Part shown: piece after piece, positions 29,034 through 39,500 of the stretch | Numbering within the stretch: position 1 is the first letter of the stretch | How the letters are laid out: each line of letters begins with the position of its first letter | Notes under the pieces: generated by a model | Told to the model about the DNA's origin: nothing | The model's database searches: none | Seen by the model: only the letters and a program-made list of their open reading frames with translations | Program-made: the position numbers and the translations under genes | Source of the DNA: Polyangia bacterium | Lineage (GTDB): Bacteria > Myxococcota_A > Polyangia > Palsa-1104 > JAEUJZ01 | Direction: 5' to 3' | Length of the DNA: 64,000 nt | Assembly: GCA_044228505.1 (NCBI GenBank) | Contig: JBGAUT010000033.1 | Coordinates: 646 to 64,645 of the forward strand

Positions 29034-30872
29034 ATGCAGACAGCGGATAGTCGCGACCTCGTCCTCGACCGGTTGTGGCAACATGCCCGCGCTAGGCCGA
29101 GCGAGCCGGTGCTTTTTCATCGACTGGCCAACGGAGAGTGGCAGTCGCTAACCTTTGCGGACTACCGTGATCAGGTTCACCGAGTGGCGAGTGCTTGTGT
29201 GGCTTGCGGTATGCCCGAGGGCGGCTCTGTCGGCATTTTCTGCGAAAATCGGGTTGAGTGGGTGCTGTCGGCACTCGGTGCCCAAGCCGCAGGCGGCATG
29301 GCGTCGGGTATCTACATGAACTCGACCGATGAGCAGGCGGTCTACATCCTGGCCCACAGCGAAGCGACGATTGCTGTGGTCGATGGTCCGCGCCAGGTCG
29401 AGTCCTTGCTGCCGCATCTGGCTCAGCTCCCGAAGCTGCGCCGGATTGTCGTGCTGACTGAACCGGACGTGGCCAGCTCGTTTGTTTCGAAGCTCGACTT
29501 GGTGGTGAGCTGGCAGGAGTTTCTCGACAGCGGCAAGGGCCACGAACACGCGGTCGACGAACGCTTTGCGCGGCTTCAGCCAGAGCAGGTGGCCTCGCTC
29601 ATCTATACCTCGGGCACCACCGGTACGCCCAAGGGGGTCATGCTGTCTCATCACAACTTGGCGTGGACGGCACGGGCGGGTCTATCGGGCTATCAGATCG
29701 ATCATCAAGACGTGATGGTGTCGTACCTGCCGCTGTCGCACATTGCCGAGCAGCTTCTGACCATTTACGTGGCGATTACCTCGGGCACCAAGGTCTACTT
29801 CGCCGGTGGCATCGACAAGCTGCGCGAGACGCTTTTGGTGGCACGACCCACGGTGATGTTCGGCGTGCCGCGAGTGTGGGAAAAGCTCCAGTCGGCGCTG
29901 TCCCAGAAGCTCTCGGAGCAAAAAGCCCTACAGCGGCGGATTGTGGCCTGGGCTCGCGATGTCGGTAGCCGGGTCGGTCACTATCGCTTGGAGTCCGGTT
30001 CACCGTTTGGTCTGCTCGCGATCGAGGAAGTCGTGGCCCGCAAGCTGGTCTTTCGCAAGATGCGAACCGCGCTCGGTCTGGAGCGATTGCGCTTCGCGGT
30101 GTCGGGGGCGGCGGCCATTCGCAAAGACGTTCTGGAGTTCTTTTTGTCCCTGAGCATTCCGATTCACGAGGTCTACGGCTTGTCGGAGAGCTCGGGACCA
30201 CTGACCACCAACGCACCGGTCGCAGGGCAGACCCGCCTCGGTAGCGTCGGTCGGCCCTTGCCGGGAACGGCGCTCAAGCTGGCCCCGGACGGAGAGATTC
30301 TGTTTCGCGGTCCAAACGTCGCGCTGGGTTACTTCAAAGAGCCCGAAGCGACCGCGCAGACGTTCCAAGATGGCTGGCTGTACACCGGCGACATTGGCGA
30401 GCTGGATGACGCTGGCTTTCTGCGCATCACCGATCGCAAAAAGGATCTGCTGCGCACCTCGGGTGGCAAGTTTGTCGCGCCGCAGCCGATAGAAAGCCAA
30501 CTGCGGGCCGTGCCGCTTGTCTCTCAGGCGCTGGTGGTGGGCGAAGGGCAGAAGTTTGTGACCGCGCTGCTGACGCTCGATCCCGAACGGGCGCTCAAGT
30601 ACGCCCAGCAGAACGAGCTACCGACCGTGATACCCGAGCTGATTGCGAACGAAAAGTTCGCCCGCTACATGGCCGATCAGATCGAGATCCTGAACGCCAC
30701 CTTGGCCCGCTTCGAGCAGATCAAGCGCTACACGATCGTGCCGCGTGAATTTTCCCTGGAGCGCGATGAGGTCACTCCGACCCAAAAGCTGCGCCGCAAA
30801 GTCATCACAAAAAACTACGCCCCCGAAATCGCTGCGATGTACGCGGATTCCGAGGGCGAAGACAGAGGGTAA
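29034..30872 (+). CDS. Long-chain fatty acyl-CoA synthetase (AMP-dependent)
   Basis: [55 protein letters not shown]. Confidence 0.92.
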   Translation: MQTADSRDLVLDRLWQHARARPSEPVLFHRLANGEWQSLTFADYRDQVHRVASACVACGMPEGGSVGIFCENRVEWVLSALGAQAAGGMASGIYMNSTDEQAVYILAHSEATIAVVDGPRQVESLLPHLAQLPKLRRIVVLTEPDVASSFVSKLDLVVSWQEFLDSGKGHEHAVDERFARLQPEQVASLIYTSGTTGTPKGVMLSHHNLAWTARAGLSGYQIDHQDVMVSYLPLSHIAEQLLTIYVAITSGTKVYFAGGIDKLRETLLVARPTVMFGVPRVWEKLQSALSQKLSEQKALQRRIVAWARDVGSRVGHYRLESGSPFGLLAIEEVVARKLVFRKMRTALGLERLRFAVSGAAAIRKDVLEFFLSLSIPIHEVYGLSESSGPLTTNAPVAGQTRLGSVGRPLPGTALKLAPDGEILFRGPNVALGYFKEPEATAQTFQDGWLYTGDIGELDDAGFLRITDRKKDLLRTSGGKFVAPQPIESQLRAVPLVSQALVVGEGQKFVTALLTLDPERALKYAQQNELPTVIPELIANEKFARYMADQIEILNATLARFEQIKRYTIVPREFSLERDEVTPTQKLRRKVITKNYAPEIAAMYADSEGEDRG

Positions 30873-30901
30873 GGACGAGTCGTCCTGCCCTGACACCGAG
30901 A

Positions 30902-31123
30902 CTACTTCTTGGCGTCGTCCTTCTTGGGCTCGTCCTTCTTGGCGTCGTCCTTCTTGGCGTCGTCCTTCTTGGCATCGTCCTTCTTGGCCTTGCCCTTCTT
31001 CGCGGCCTTGGCAGGCTTGGCGTCGGCGGCGGCCTCGGCGGGCTTGTCGCCCTCAGCGGCAAAGGCCATAGAAGAGGCGTTGAGGGCGAAAGCGGCGAGG
31101 GTTCCAAGGATGATCTTGTTCAT
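30902..31123 (-). CDS. Small exported Lys/Asp/Ala-rich protein with KKDDA pentapeptide repeats
   Basis: MNKIILGTLAAFALNASSMAFA signal peptide; 15-bp tandem repeats encode (KKDDA/KKDEP)x5. Confidence 0.75.
   Translation of the reverse strand: MNKIILGTLAAFALNASSMAFAAEGDKPAEAAADAKPAKAAKKGKAKKDDAKKDDAKKDDAKKDEPKKDDAKK
30905..30990. repeat. 15-bp tandem repeat CTTCTTGGCGTCGTC (coding)
   Basis: Five to six near-identical units visible in the sequence. Confidence 0.85.
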
Positions 31124-31294
31124 GGTCCGGCTCCTGTTCTGGAAGGATTGAAAACTGCCGCTGACCTTCAGCGGTTCAGGTGGGCGGAGCATCGAACAAA
31201 TTCCCGGCAATGTGCAAGAGGTTGCTCATCCCCAATCCATCCCTGCGCGAATCTGGGTGGCGTGCGCGGGCGGGGCAGCCGGGTGGGCGATGCG

Positions 31295-32422
31295 TTACAG
31301 CTTGGTCCAGCTTGTGCCGCTGATCGTCGGCGGTGGCTGTAGCGTCAGCGTATAGTCGGCACGGCGGTTGCGGGCTTCATCGACGTTGTCGCCCGTCTTG
31401 ACGCGGGGAGAGCGCTCCCCGTAGCCGACGAAAAAGACCGGCATACGGAAGCCTTTTTGACGGAAGTACGTCGCAATCGCCTTGGCTCGACCTCGGGACA
31501 ACGTGACATTGTCGCCATCACCACCAACCGTGTCGGTGTGACCGGTGACAAACAGCATCGGCTGCGGCAGTGCTCCCATCACCACGCCTTGCTCGGACCA
31601 CTTGAGCAGGGTTTTTTCGACGCGATCGAGCACGGTGGTAATCCGCTTCAGACTTTCATCGAGCTTGGCCTTTTCGTTATCGCGGACCTCCGACGATCCG
31701 GTATCGAAGTTGACGTCCTCGTGCGGGACCGAGACAAACCACGGATACAGATTGATGTGGGCGCTGGCTCCCTCTTTGTCGTAGAGCTTCACCGAGAGCC
31801 GCAACACCACGCTGTCGTTCGGTGATGACGAAGTTCCTTCCCATGGAATCCGCAGCCAGGTACCCGGCGCTTCACCGGCAAACCCCGCCTTGCCTTCGCC
31901 CATCTTGACGCCTTCATCGGAAAAAACCTCCATCTCGGCCCGACCCGCCGGAGAGGACAGCGTCAGCTCCACGAAGCGCTGTTCGACGTTTAGATGCGGC
32001 GAGATGTAGTTCTTGTCGTAGCCAATCTGGAGCGTCCTTTGCAGCACCGTGTCGAACGTCACGGGCCGCTTCCACGCTTGGCCATCGACTTGCGCCGAGA
32101 TCATGCCTTCCCAGTGCGTGGCCCCGACCTTGCCTGTGCCGAGCTTAAACGTCGCTTTTTGCCCCGCGCCGAGCTTCTTCGATTGGAACTTGTATTCGCC
32201 GCTTTCGCCACTGGCCGCCCCGAGTGCCGGGTCCGGCTCTTTGGCCACGATCGCCACCGACAGACCCGAGATCGCTTGATCCGCAACGATGGTCAGCGTC
32301 GGCTGATCCGGCTGGGGCACCGGAGTTTTCAGCGAAAACCGCACCGGGTCGCCCAGCGCCACCAGCGGTAGGGCCAGCAGCGACAGCGAGACTGCGACAG
32401 CTTGGGAGAGATATCGCCTCAT
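31295..32422 (-). CDS. Exported protein with C-terminal OmpA-like peptidoglycan-binding domain
   Basis: Signal peptide; VNFDTGS, VTGHTDTVG, NVTLSRGRAKAI, GYGERSP, RNRRAD. Confidence 0.85.
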   Translation of the reverse strand: MRRYLSQAVAVSLSLLALPLVALGDPVRFSLKTPVPQPDQPTLTIVADQAISGLSVAIVAKEPDPALGAASGESGEYKFQSKKLGAGQKATFKLGTGKVGATHWEGMISAQVDGQAWKRPVTFDTVLQRTLQIGYDKNYISPHLNVEQRFVELTLSSPAGRAEMEVFSDEGVKMGEGKAGFAGEAPGTWLRIPWEGTSSSPNDSVVLRLSVKLYDKEGASAHINLYPWFVSVPHEDVNFDTGSSEVRDNEKAKLDESLKRITTVLDRVEKTLLKWSEQGVVMGALPQPMLFVTGHTDTVGGDGDNVTLSRGRAKAIATYFRQKGFRMPVFFVGYGERSPRVKTGDNVDEARNRRADYTLTLQPPPTISGTSWTKL

Positions 32423-32478
32423 CCGTGCAGCCTAGCGCGCTGCCTCGTCGGCGTAAACGGAGGAAACGGACGACAGGA

Positions 32479-33342
32479 CTACTTCTTGCCCTTTACGGCC
32501 TTGGGCGGGGGGGCTTTGGCTTTTTCGATGTCGGCTTTGATCTGGTCGAGCGTCTCGCAGGACTTCTTGCTGCCCATCTCGCAGGCCTTTTGGAAGAACT
32601 GCTGCGACTTGTCGATGTCCTTGGTGACGCCGTTGCCGCTGCCGTAGATCACGCCGAGGTTGAAGCAGCCGTCGGCATTTTTGCCATCACAAGCCTTTTC
32701 AAAGTTGGCCTTGGCCTTCGCTTTGTCTTCCGCGCCGCCCTGTCCGCCCAGGTACATCGCCCCACCAGCCACGCACGCTTGCAGGTACGCGCCCGAGCAG
32801 GCCATGTCAAACAGGCTCCGCGCCTTCGGCTTGTCCTCGGGTCCGCCATCACCGCTTAGCAACATCGTGGCGGCGTTGTTGCAGTTGTCGAGCATCTCCG
32901 GGCCGCAGGTTTTTTCAAACAGCGTCCGGGCTCGCGGCTTGTCCACCGTTACGCCGCCTTCGCCGCTGTAGCGCATGCTGGCTTCGTTGGCGCACGCGAC
33001 CAGGATTCCGCCATCACAGCCGCGCTTGTAAAAGTCGGTCGCTTTCGGCAGATCCACCGGCAGACCCTTGCCTTGCGCGAGGATCTCGGCGGCGATGACG
33101 CAGGCTTTGCTGTCGTGGTCACAAGCGCCCGGCAGAAACTTCATCGCCTTGACGTTGTCCTTGGCTTGCAGCGCGAGCGCCGCCTTGTTGTAGCAGTCCT
33201 TCGGAGCGCTACAGCTATCGGCATCTTTGGCCGCCGCCGCCGCCTTGGCCGCGTCATCGGGCACCGCCTGCGCCGTCGGGCCTCCGCAAGCGCTGAAGAG
33301 GCCCAGGGTCGTTCCCACGAGTAGCGAGCGAAACGTCAACAT
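32479..33342 (-). CDS. Sel1-like repeat lipoprotein (Cys-bridged SLR type)
   Basis: Lipobox FSAC; repeats KA..LFEKAC..G...AC..LG..Y..G.GV. Confidence 0.85.
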   Translation of the reverse strand: MLTFRSLLVGTTLGLFSACGGPTAQAVPDDAAKAAAAAKDADSCSAPKDCYNKAALALQAKDNVKAMKFLPGACDHDSKACVIAAEILAQGKGLPVDLPKATDFYKRGCDGGILVACANEASMRYSGEGGVTVDKPRARTLFEKTCGPEMLDNCNNAATMLLSGDGGPEDKPKARSLFDMACSGAYLQACVAGGAMYLGGQGGAEDKAKAKANFEKACDGKNADGCFNLGVIYGSGNGVTKDIDKSQQFFQKACEMGSKKSCETLDQIKADIEKAKAPPPKAVKGKK

Positions 33343-33458
33343 CAGTTCATCCCTTTACGTAATTGGTCGGTGAGACGAGGGGGTTTACGACCCGCGCCCC
33401 ATCTTTGTCAATCGCGTCTGCCTGTCCTCGTGTAAGAGGTGGAGTCGCAAGGTCTGCC

Positions 33459-35060
33459 ATGGATACTCCCAACTCTCCAGTAAGTGGTTCCCCGGGGCTT
33501 AGCTCGCCGGGCCTGTCCCCGACATCCTCGCAGTCACTGACCAAGCAGATCGTCGTCGCTTCGGTGGTGTCGATTGTCGCGCTGGCGATCGTCTGCGGGC
33601 TCGGGCTCAGCTCGCTGCGGCGGCTGTCCCTCCAAAACGATGCCGAGATGGCGCAGCGACTGGCGCTCCTCGATGAGAGCGAGGTCTTTCAGCTCCTGCT
33701 TTATCAAAAGGGCTTTGCCGTCGACTTCATGTTTACCGGTGATGAGCGCTGGCTGCGCGAGCTCGACCAAGGTCGCCGCGAGTTTTCCGACTGGCTGACC
33801 CAGGCCGACCGCACCGCTGACACCGCAGAGGAGCGCCGCTTGCTCGAGCGGATTCGTCGCGACTACCGGCAGCTCGATGACGAGCACGCCGCCATGATCA
33901 GTAGCTTTCGTCGCGGCGAGCAGTCCGAGGTGCGCCAGCGTCATCAGCGAATCTACTCGCAGCTCAACGATCTGGTGCGGCTGTCCGAGGAGTTTGTGCG
34001 GACCTCGTCCACCCAAGCCCGGCAAGAGCGGGCCCTGGCCCAGCGGGTGTTGCGACGCGACACCACCTTGCTCCTCGGTAGCAGCCTGCTCGGCATGGTG
34101 ACCAGCCTGGTCGTCGGATTTTTGGTGGCGCGGCGGGTGGCACGGCCCATTTATGAGCTGCAACTTCAGGTGGCCTCGGCGGCCCAGCGCACCCGCATCG
34201 AGGTTCCTGCGGGCCGGGCGGGCTTCGAGGCGCTCGGCGATCACATGGCCGCGATCTTGCGCAAGATCGAAGCCACCGATGCGGCCATTGCCGAGCAGCG
34301 CCAGCGGCTCATCCAGAGCGAAAAAATGTCGGCGATCGGTGAAGTGTCGGCCAAGCTCGCGCACGAAATCTTGAACCCGCTCACCGGCATCAAGGCGGCG
34401 GTGCAGCTTCTGGCGCGAACCCACAGCCAAACCCACGACGAAGGCCCCACCGCCGTGGCGGTACGGGACACCGCGCAGCTCATGAGCCAGGAAGTCGCCC
34501 GCGTCGAGCAGCTCGTGCGCAGAATGCTGACCTATGCCAGGCCGCTGGCGCCGCGACTGGAGCCATGCGAGGTGTCGCGCCTTGTGTCGATGGGCTGTGA
34601 CGCGTCCCGACCCGCATGTGAAAAGGCCAAGGTCAAGCTGCTCCGTCACGAAGAACCGGGACTGCCACAGGTGGTCGTCGATCCGATGCTGGTCACCCAA
34701 GCGCTGTCGAACCTGCTCGTGAACGCCGCCCAGGCCAGCCCACCGGAAGGGGTGGTGACGCTCTCGGCGAGCCTGACCGATGTCGAGGGCAAGCGCTATC
34801 TGGCGCTGCGGGTCACGGACGAAGGGCAGGGGATTTCGGCGGCCGCGCTGCCCAACCTGTTTCAGCCGTTTTACACCACCAAGCCGCGTGGCAATGGCCT
34901 GGGACTCGCTCTCAGCCAGAACATTGCACGCGAGCACGGCGGCATGATTGTCGCCCAAAACCGGACGGACCGCTCCGGGGCCGAGTTTTCGCTGCTCTTG
35001 CCGATCGAGCCGCTGCCCGCAGGTCCGCCGAGCCTTGGTTCCGGGCCCATTAGTGGGTGA
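33459..35060 (+). CDS. Membrane sensor histidine kinase
   Basis: Two TM helices around a helical sensor; AHEILNPL (H-box), NLLVNAAQA, DEGQGI, FYTTK, GNGLGL. Confidence 0.93.
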   Translation: MDTPNSPVSGSPGLSSPGLSPTSSQSLTKQIVVASVVSIVALAIVCGLGLSSLRRLSLQNDAEMAQRLALLDESEVFQLLLYQKGFAVDFMFTGDERWLRELDQGRREFSDWLTQADRTADTAEERRLLERIRRDYRQLDDEHAAMISSFRRGEQSEVRQRHQRIYSQLNDLVRLSEEFVRTSSTQARQERALAQRVLRRDTTLLLGSSLLGMVTSLVVGFLVARRVARPIYELQLQVASAAQRTRIEVPAGRAGFEALGDHMAAILRKIEATDAAIAEQRQRLIQSEKMSAIGEVSAKLAHEILNPLTGIKAAVQLLARTHSQTHDEGPTAVAVRDTAQLMSQEVARVEQLVRRMLTYARPLAPRLEPCEVSRLVSMGCDASRPACEKAKVKLLRHEEPGLPQVVVDPMLVTQALSNLLVNAAQASPPEGVVTLSASLTDVEGKRYLALRVTDEGQGISAAALPNLFQPFYTTKPRGNGLGLALSQNIAREHGGMIVAQNRTDRSGAEFSLLLPIEPLPAGPPSLGSGPISG

Positions 35061-35109
35061 GCCCGAGAGCATCCGCGACACCTGGATGGGCGCGTGGTAG
35101 AAAAAGTCC

Positions 35110-36483
35110 ATGTCCGCTCATGTCCTAGTGGCCGACGATGAGGCCCTGATCCTTCAGTCCCTGCGCGGGGTGCTGCTTCAGGAGGGCTTCGAGGTCACGG
35201 CGGCCAGCTCGGGTGAGCAAGCCTGGCAGACCTTTGTGGCCACGCGACCCGATGTGGTGCTGCTCGACCTGGTGCTCGGCGACATCAGCGGCATCGAGGT
35301 GCTCCGCCGCATCCGCCAGCTCTCGCCCGAAACCAAGGTGATCCTGATCAGCGCCCACGCCACGCTGGAGCAAGCGGTCGAGGCGATGAAGCTTGGCGGC
35401 TACGACTTTATCCGCAAGCCGTTCGAGCTAGAGGAGATCGTCACCACCGTTCGCAACGCGGCGCGGACCAGCGAACTCGAAGGGCGCGTCGATTATCTGG
35501 CGCGGCGGGCCCGGCAGCAGCACGACAGCGGTGGACTGCTGTATTCCTCGGCGGTGATGGTCGGCAAGCTGCGGGAAATCGAGCTGATTGCGCGCAGCCC
35601 GGTGCAGACGGTGCTGATTCAGGGCGAGAGCGGGACCGGCAAGCAGCTGGTGGCGCAGCTCCTGCACGAGCGCTCGCCGCGACGCAGTGGCCCGTTTGTG
35701 GAGCTGAACTGCTCGACCCTTCCCGAGACGCTGGTCGAGAGCGAGCTGTTCGGTCATGAGCGCGGCGCGTTTTCCGATGCCCGTGAGCGCAAGCTCGGCC
35801 TGGTCGAGATTGCCGACACCGGGACGCTGTTTCTCGATGAGATTGGCGACTTGAGCCTCAGCGCGCAGGCCAAGCTTTTGACCTTTTTGGAGCAGCGGAC
35901 CTTTCGGCGGGTCGGTGCCACCGCGCTGCGCAAGGTCGACGTGCGGGTGGTTGCGGCCACCCATCGCGATCTGCGAGCGATGGCGGCCAGCAAAGAGTTT
36001 CGTGGCGACCTGTTGTTTCGCTTGAACGCGATGACGGTCGAGCTGCCACCGCTGCGCGAGCGACCCGACGACATCGTGCTGCTCGCCGAACACTTCCTGG
36101 TTACCGCAAACCACGAGTATCGCAAGACCTGGCAGGGGATTTCGACGGAGGCCAAGTCGCTGCTCACTGGCTATGGCTGGCCCGGCAACGTGCGCGAGCT
36201 GCGGGCGATGATCTCGCGGGCGGCGCTGCTCTACGACGATGCGCTGCTCAAACCAGAGCACCTTCCGGCAGAGCTTGCCCCGGTGCCGACACGTTTGCCA
36301 AGCAGTCCGGCCAGCCAGCCGACCGAGGGTCACATTGCCACCCTGGCCGAGGTCGAGCTAGCCCACATCCGTCGCGTACTCGCCCTGTGCGGCGGCAATC
36401 GAACCGTCGCCGCCCAGCACCTCGGCGTGACCCGGCAGACCTTGTCCCGTCGTTTGGAAGAATCAGGCCCGTCTTCGACCTGA
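35110..36483 (+). CDS. NtrC-family response regulator (REC-AAA+-HTH)
   Basis: VADDE, VLLDL (phospho-Asp), [41 protein letters not shown]. Confidence 0.93.
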   Translation: MSAHVLVADDEALILQSLRGVLLQEGFEVTAASSGEQAWQTFVATRPDVVLLDLVLGDISGIEVLRRIRQLSPETKVILISAHATLEQAVEAMKLGGYDFIRKPFELEEIVTTVRNAARTSELEGRVDYLARRARQQHDSGGLLYSSAVMVGKLREIELIARSPVQTVLIQGESGTGKQLVAQLLHERSPRRSGPFVELNCSTLPETLVESELFGHERGAFSDARERKLGLVEIADTGTLFLDEIGDLSLSAQAKLLTFLEQRTFRRVGATALRKVDVRVVAATHRDLRAMAASKEFRGDLLFRLNAMTVELPPLRERPDDIVLLAEHFLVTANHEYRKTWQGISTEAKSLLTGYGWPGNVRELRAMISRAALLYDDALLKPEHLPAELAPVPTRLPSSPASQPTEGHIATLAEVELAHIRRVLALCGGNRTVAAQHLGVTRQTLSRRLEESGPSST

Positions 36484-36508
36484 GCGGTGGGCCATCCGCA
36501 GAGCGCGG

Positions 36509-39500
36509 TTAGCCGTTCATGCGGTAGTAGTACAGGGCTTTGTCCGCATTGATGATGGCGAGGTCGATCTGGCCCGGTCGCGACGAACATACGGCGGGTT
36601 TGCAGTTCATCGGCATCGGACCCAGCCGCTCCCACGGTAGCCAGCTTTCCCCCATCTTGCGGCGATGCCACAGGGCGCGGTCACTGCCCAGCGCAAACAC
36701 GTCAATGCGAGACGGGCCTACCGAGATCGCGACCGGATCGCTGCCGAGTGCGCCGGGATTGGCGCTGCCTTGACCGGCGAGCAGCGTCCAGCCGCCCCAC
36801 GCGTTGTTGCGGAAGCTGCGCGTCCACAGCTGGGTGTCGGTGCCGCGTGCGAACACGTCCAAGCAGCCCGCCTCGGTGGTGACCGCCGTAGGCTGACCGG
36901 ACAGACCGCCGCTTAGGAACTGCCAGCCCGACCACTTGCCGCCGGTGAAGGTGTTCTGATACAGGCACTGATCGAGCCCTCGGGCAAACAGGTCATAGCG
37001 AGTGTCCCGACAGACCGCCGCAGGCGGGTCGAGCAGTCCCCCGCCGAGCGAGATCCATCCGCTCCAGCCGTTGTCGGCGTAGCGGTGCCAGATCGCCTTG
37101 TCCGTGCCGAGGATGAAGATGTCCCAGCGACCGCGCCGTGGCGAGACCAGGACCGGGCTCCCTGCCGACTGGCCCCCGAGCGAAACCCAGCCGCCCGAGG
37201 TGCTGCCATCCCACCACTTCTGATAGATCGCGTTGTCGCGGCCTCGGCTGAGCACATCCAACCGGCCTGGGTACGGCGACAGCGAGACCTGATCGTTCAA
37301 AAAGACCCCACCGTGAGCGATCCAAGGGTGCCAGGTTCCGTCCGACCACATCTGATAGCTGCCGTCATCGAGTCCCTTGGCAAAGATGTCGAGCCGACCC
37401 GGTGCGAAGCTGGCGATCGTCGGGAGCGAGCTGAGTCCTCCGCCGAGCGCGGTCCACGGCGAGCTTTGACCCGGCGAAGCGAGGGTGAGCTTCCAGCGCT
37501 GGTTGTCGCCGCCGGTGTACGGCATCTGGAGCACGCGAGCCCCGCTGGCTGCACTGGCACTTTCAATGGTCAAGGCCAGGCCGCTGTGCTTGGCGGTGAT
37601 GACGTAGTAGCCGTCTCCGGTGGGGACGAGAGAGAAGCGCTGGTTGTCCCCGGTGTGCAGCGGCCACTGCAGCGCGATCGCCCCGCTTGCGGTCTGACCC
37701 CCGGCAATGTCGATGGCGCTGTTGGTCTGCCGGTTTTGCAGCGTGAACCAGCCACTTCCCGCGTGGGTGAGCGTCCACTTTTGATGGTCCGCTTTGATGA
37801 ATGACCCCTGGCACAGGCCGCGACCGTTGTCGGTGTAGCCGCAGGGAACCTCGAGCGCGTGGCCGCTGTGCTTGGCGACCAAGAACACCTGGCGACCGCT
37901 GAGCGTCGTCAGATCGTCTTCGACTTCCAGCACGGTCAGGTTGCAAAAGTTGACCAGCGCTCCCAGGTTGAGCGACGGCTGACCGGGAATCGGGAGCGTG
38001 GTGGTCGGTGGTTTGAAGCCCCCGATGGACGACTGGGGCACGCCGCCGCTGATTCCCAGGCTGCTCAGGCTGGCACCGCTTATCGCCGACCGCAAACGGA
38101 TGATCTGCGGCAGTACGGCGGGATCTCCCTCGACCTGCATCGTAAACAGCTCACGCGGGCCGACCTGGCTGCTCAGACATTGCAGCGCGGTATTGGACGA
38201 ATCGACGCTGACAAAGCGGCGACCTTGGGACCGCAGGGCAATCTGTCCGGTGCACAGCTCTTGTAGCTCAAAGGACTCCCAGCCGCCGACGCTGGCACCC
38301 GTCACAGTCACTGGCTCGGCGGGCGCTGGGGCGACTCCGTACAGCGCCGCGAGGCCACCGCCGTTGCGCGCTTGCAAGAACTTGCCACTTACCCCTCGGA
38401 GCACCACTTGCCGACGCCGCACCGGCCAATAAATCGGTCCGGTGGGGGACGACCAGACCATCTCGCCGGGTTCTTCCGGGGTACCGCGCAGCAGCATCGC
38501 CACGCCCAGGTTGGTGACCGCCAAGAAGCAGGGACCGGCGCTGCCATAGACATCGCTTTGCCACAGGATGGCACCAGCTTGGCTGGGATCGGCTCCGGCC
38601 CGCACCGCCAGCCGACCGTCCGAGGTCAGCGTCGCATGATAGGCAGCCGCCGCAGCGGGCGCGGGACTGCCCCACATCCAGTACGTGTTGGCTTCATCGC
38701 CCTGGATGACGCCTGGCTGGTCATAGGCGAGCCAAGTGGTTGGTGAGCTGAGCGGACCGCTGCCTCGGCGACGCATCAGCAGCCGTCCGCTGGGCGTGAG
38801 CAGGAGCGAAAACAGACCATTGGGGCTGCGCTTGCTCTCGCCCGCTCGCAGAAACTGTCCCGGTCGCAGCACCGAGCTGGCCGAGTCCGGCTGCGTCATC
38901 GGTCGGTCGAGCAGGAAGGTCGCGTCCGCCGCCGTTGCGCTTTCGGTGAGGTTGCCGCCCACGGTGGTGGCGCACAGGATCGGTGTCGGCGAGACGATGC
39001 CACCAAACACGCGGGTCGCTACGACAAAGCGGGGGTTTGCCACCGGGTCAGAGGCCACCGCCAGCGACACGCCAGTACCCGACAGCCCGCGCACCATTCG
39101 GAAGGTGGTGCCGCGCAGGTCGGTGTTCTTGTCGTACGGGATGAGCTTGATGTTGCCGTTTGCGTCGGCGCAGACGTACAGGGGCGGCTCTCCCACCACT
39201 TCGAGGGACACCATGGTGGGGTCGGTCAGGCCCGAGACGATGCAGATCGTCGGACGGTCTCCGGGGGTGCCGAGCCCCATCGTGCCTTGGCTGGTCCCGA
39301 CAAGCGCCACGCCAGCAGCAGTGCGGATGGTGCCGTAGTAGCGGGGCTTAAATGGCCCACTTGCGGCGGCCAGCGCGGTGGCCTGGATGCGGTCGGTGCT
39401 GCTGGGGTCGGCTTGGGCGCGCAAGGCGGCGTCAAAGTGGGTGGCATGTACCGACAGCCCGCCCACGACATCGTTCCAGCCTAGCTCGGTCAGGTTGGTC

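Noticed and set aside
28856-29035. N-terminal 60-aa extension of PntA in the ORF track
   Set aside because: PntA homology starts at MNIGIIKE (28855); the extension would overlap the divergent acyl-CoA synthetase start.
33534-35111. 525-aa antisense ORF opposite the histidine kinase, and similar long antisense ORFs elsewhere (e.g. 39797-41221, 2978-3787)
   Set aside because: Shadow ORFs typical of high-GC coding DNA; they have no motifs and the opposite strand has clear homology.
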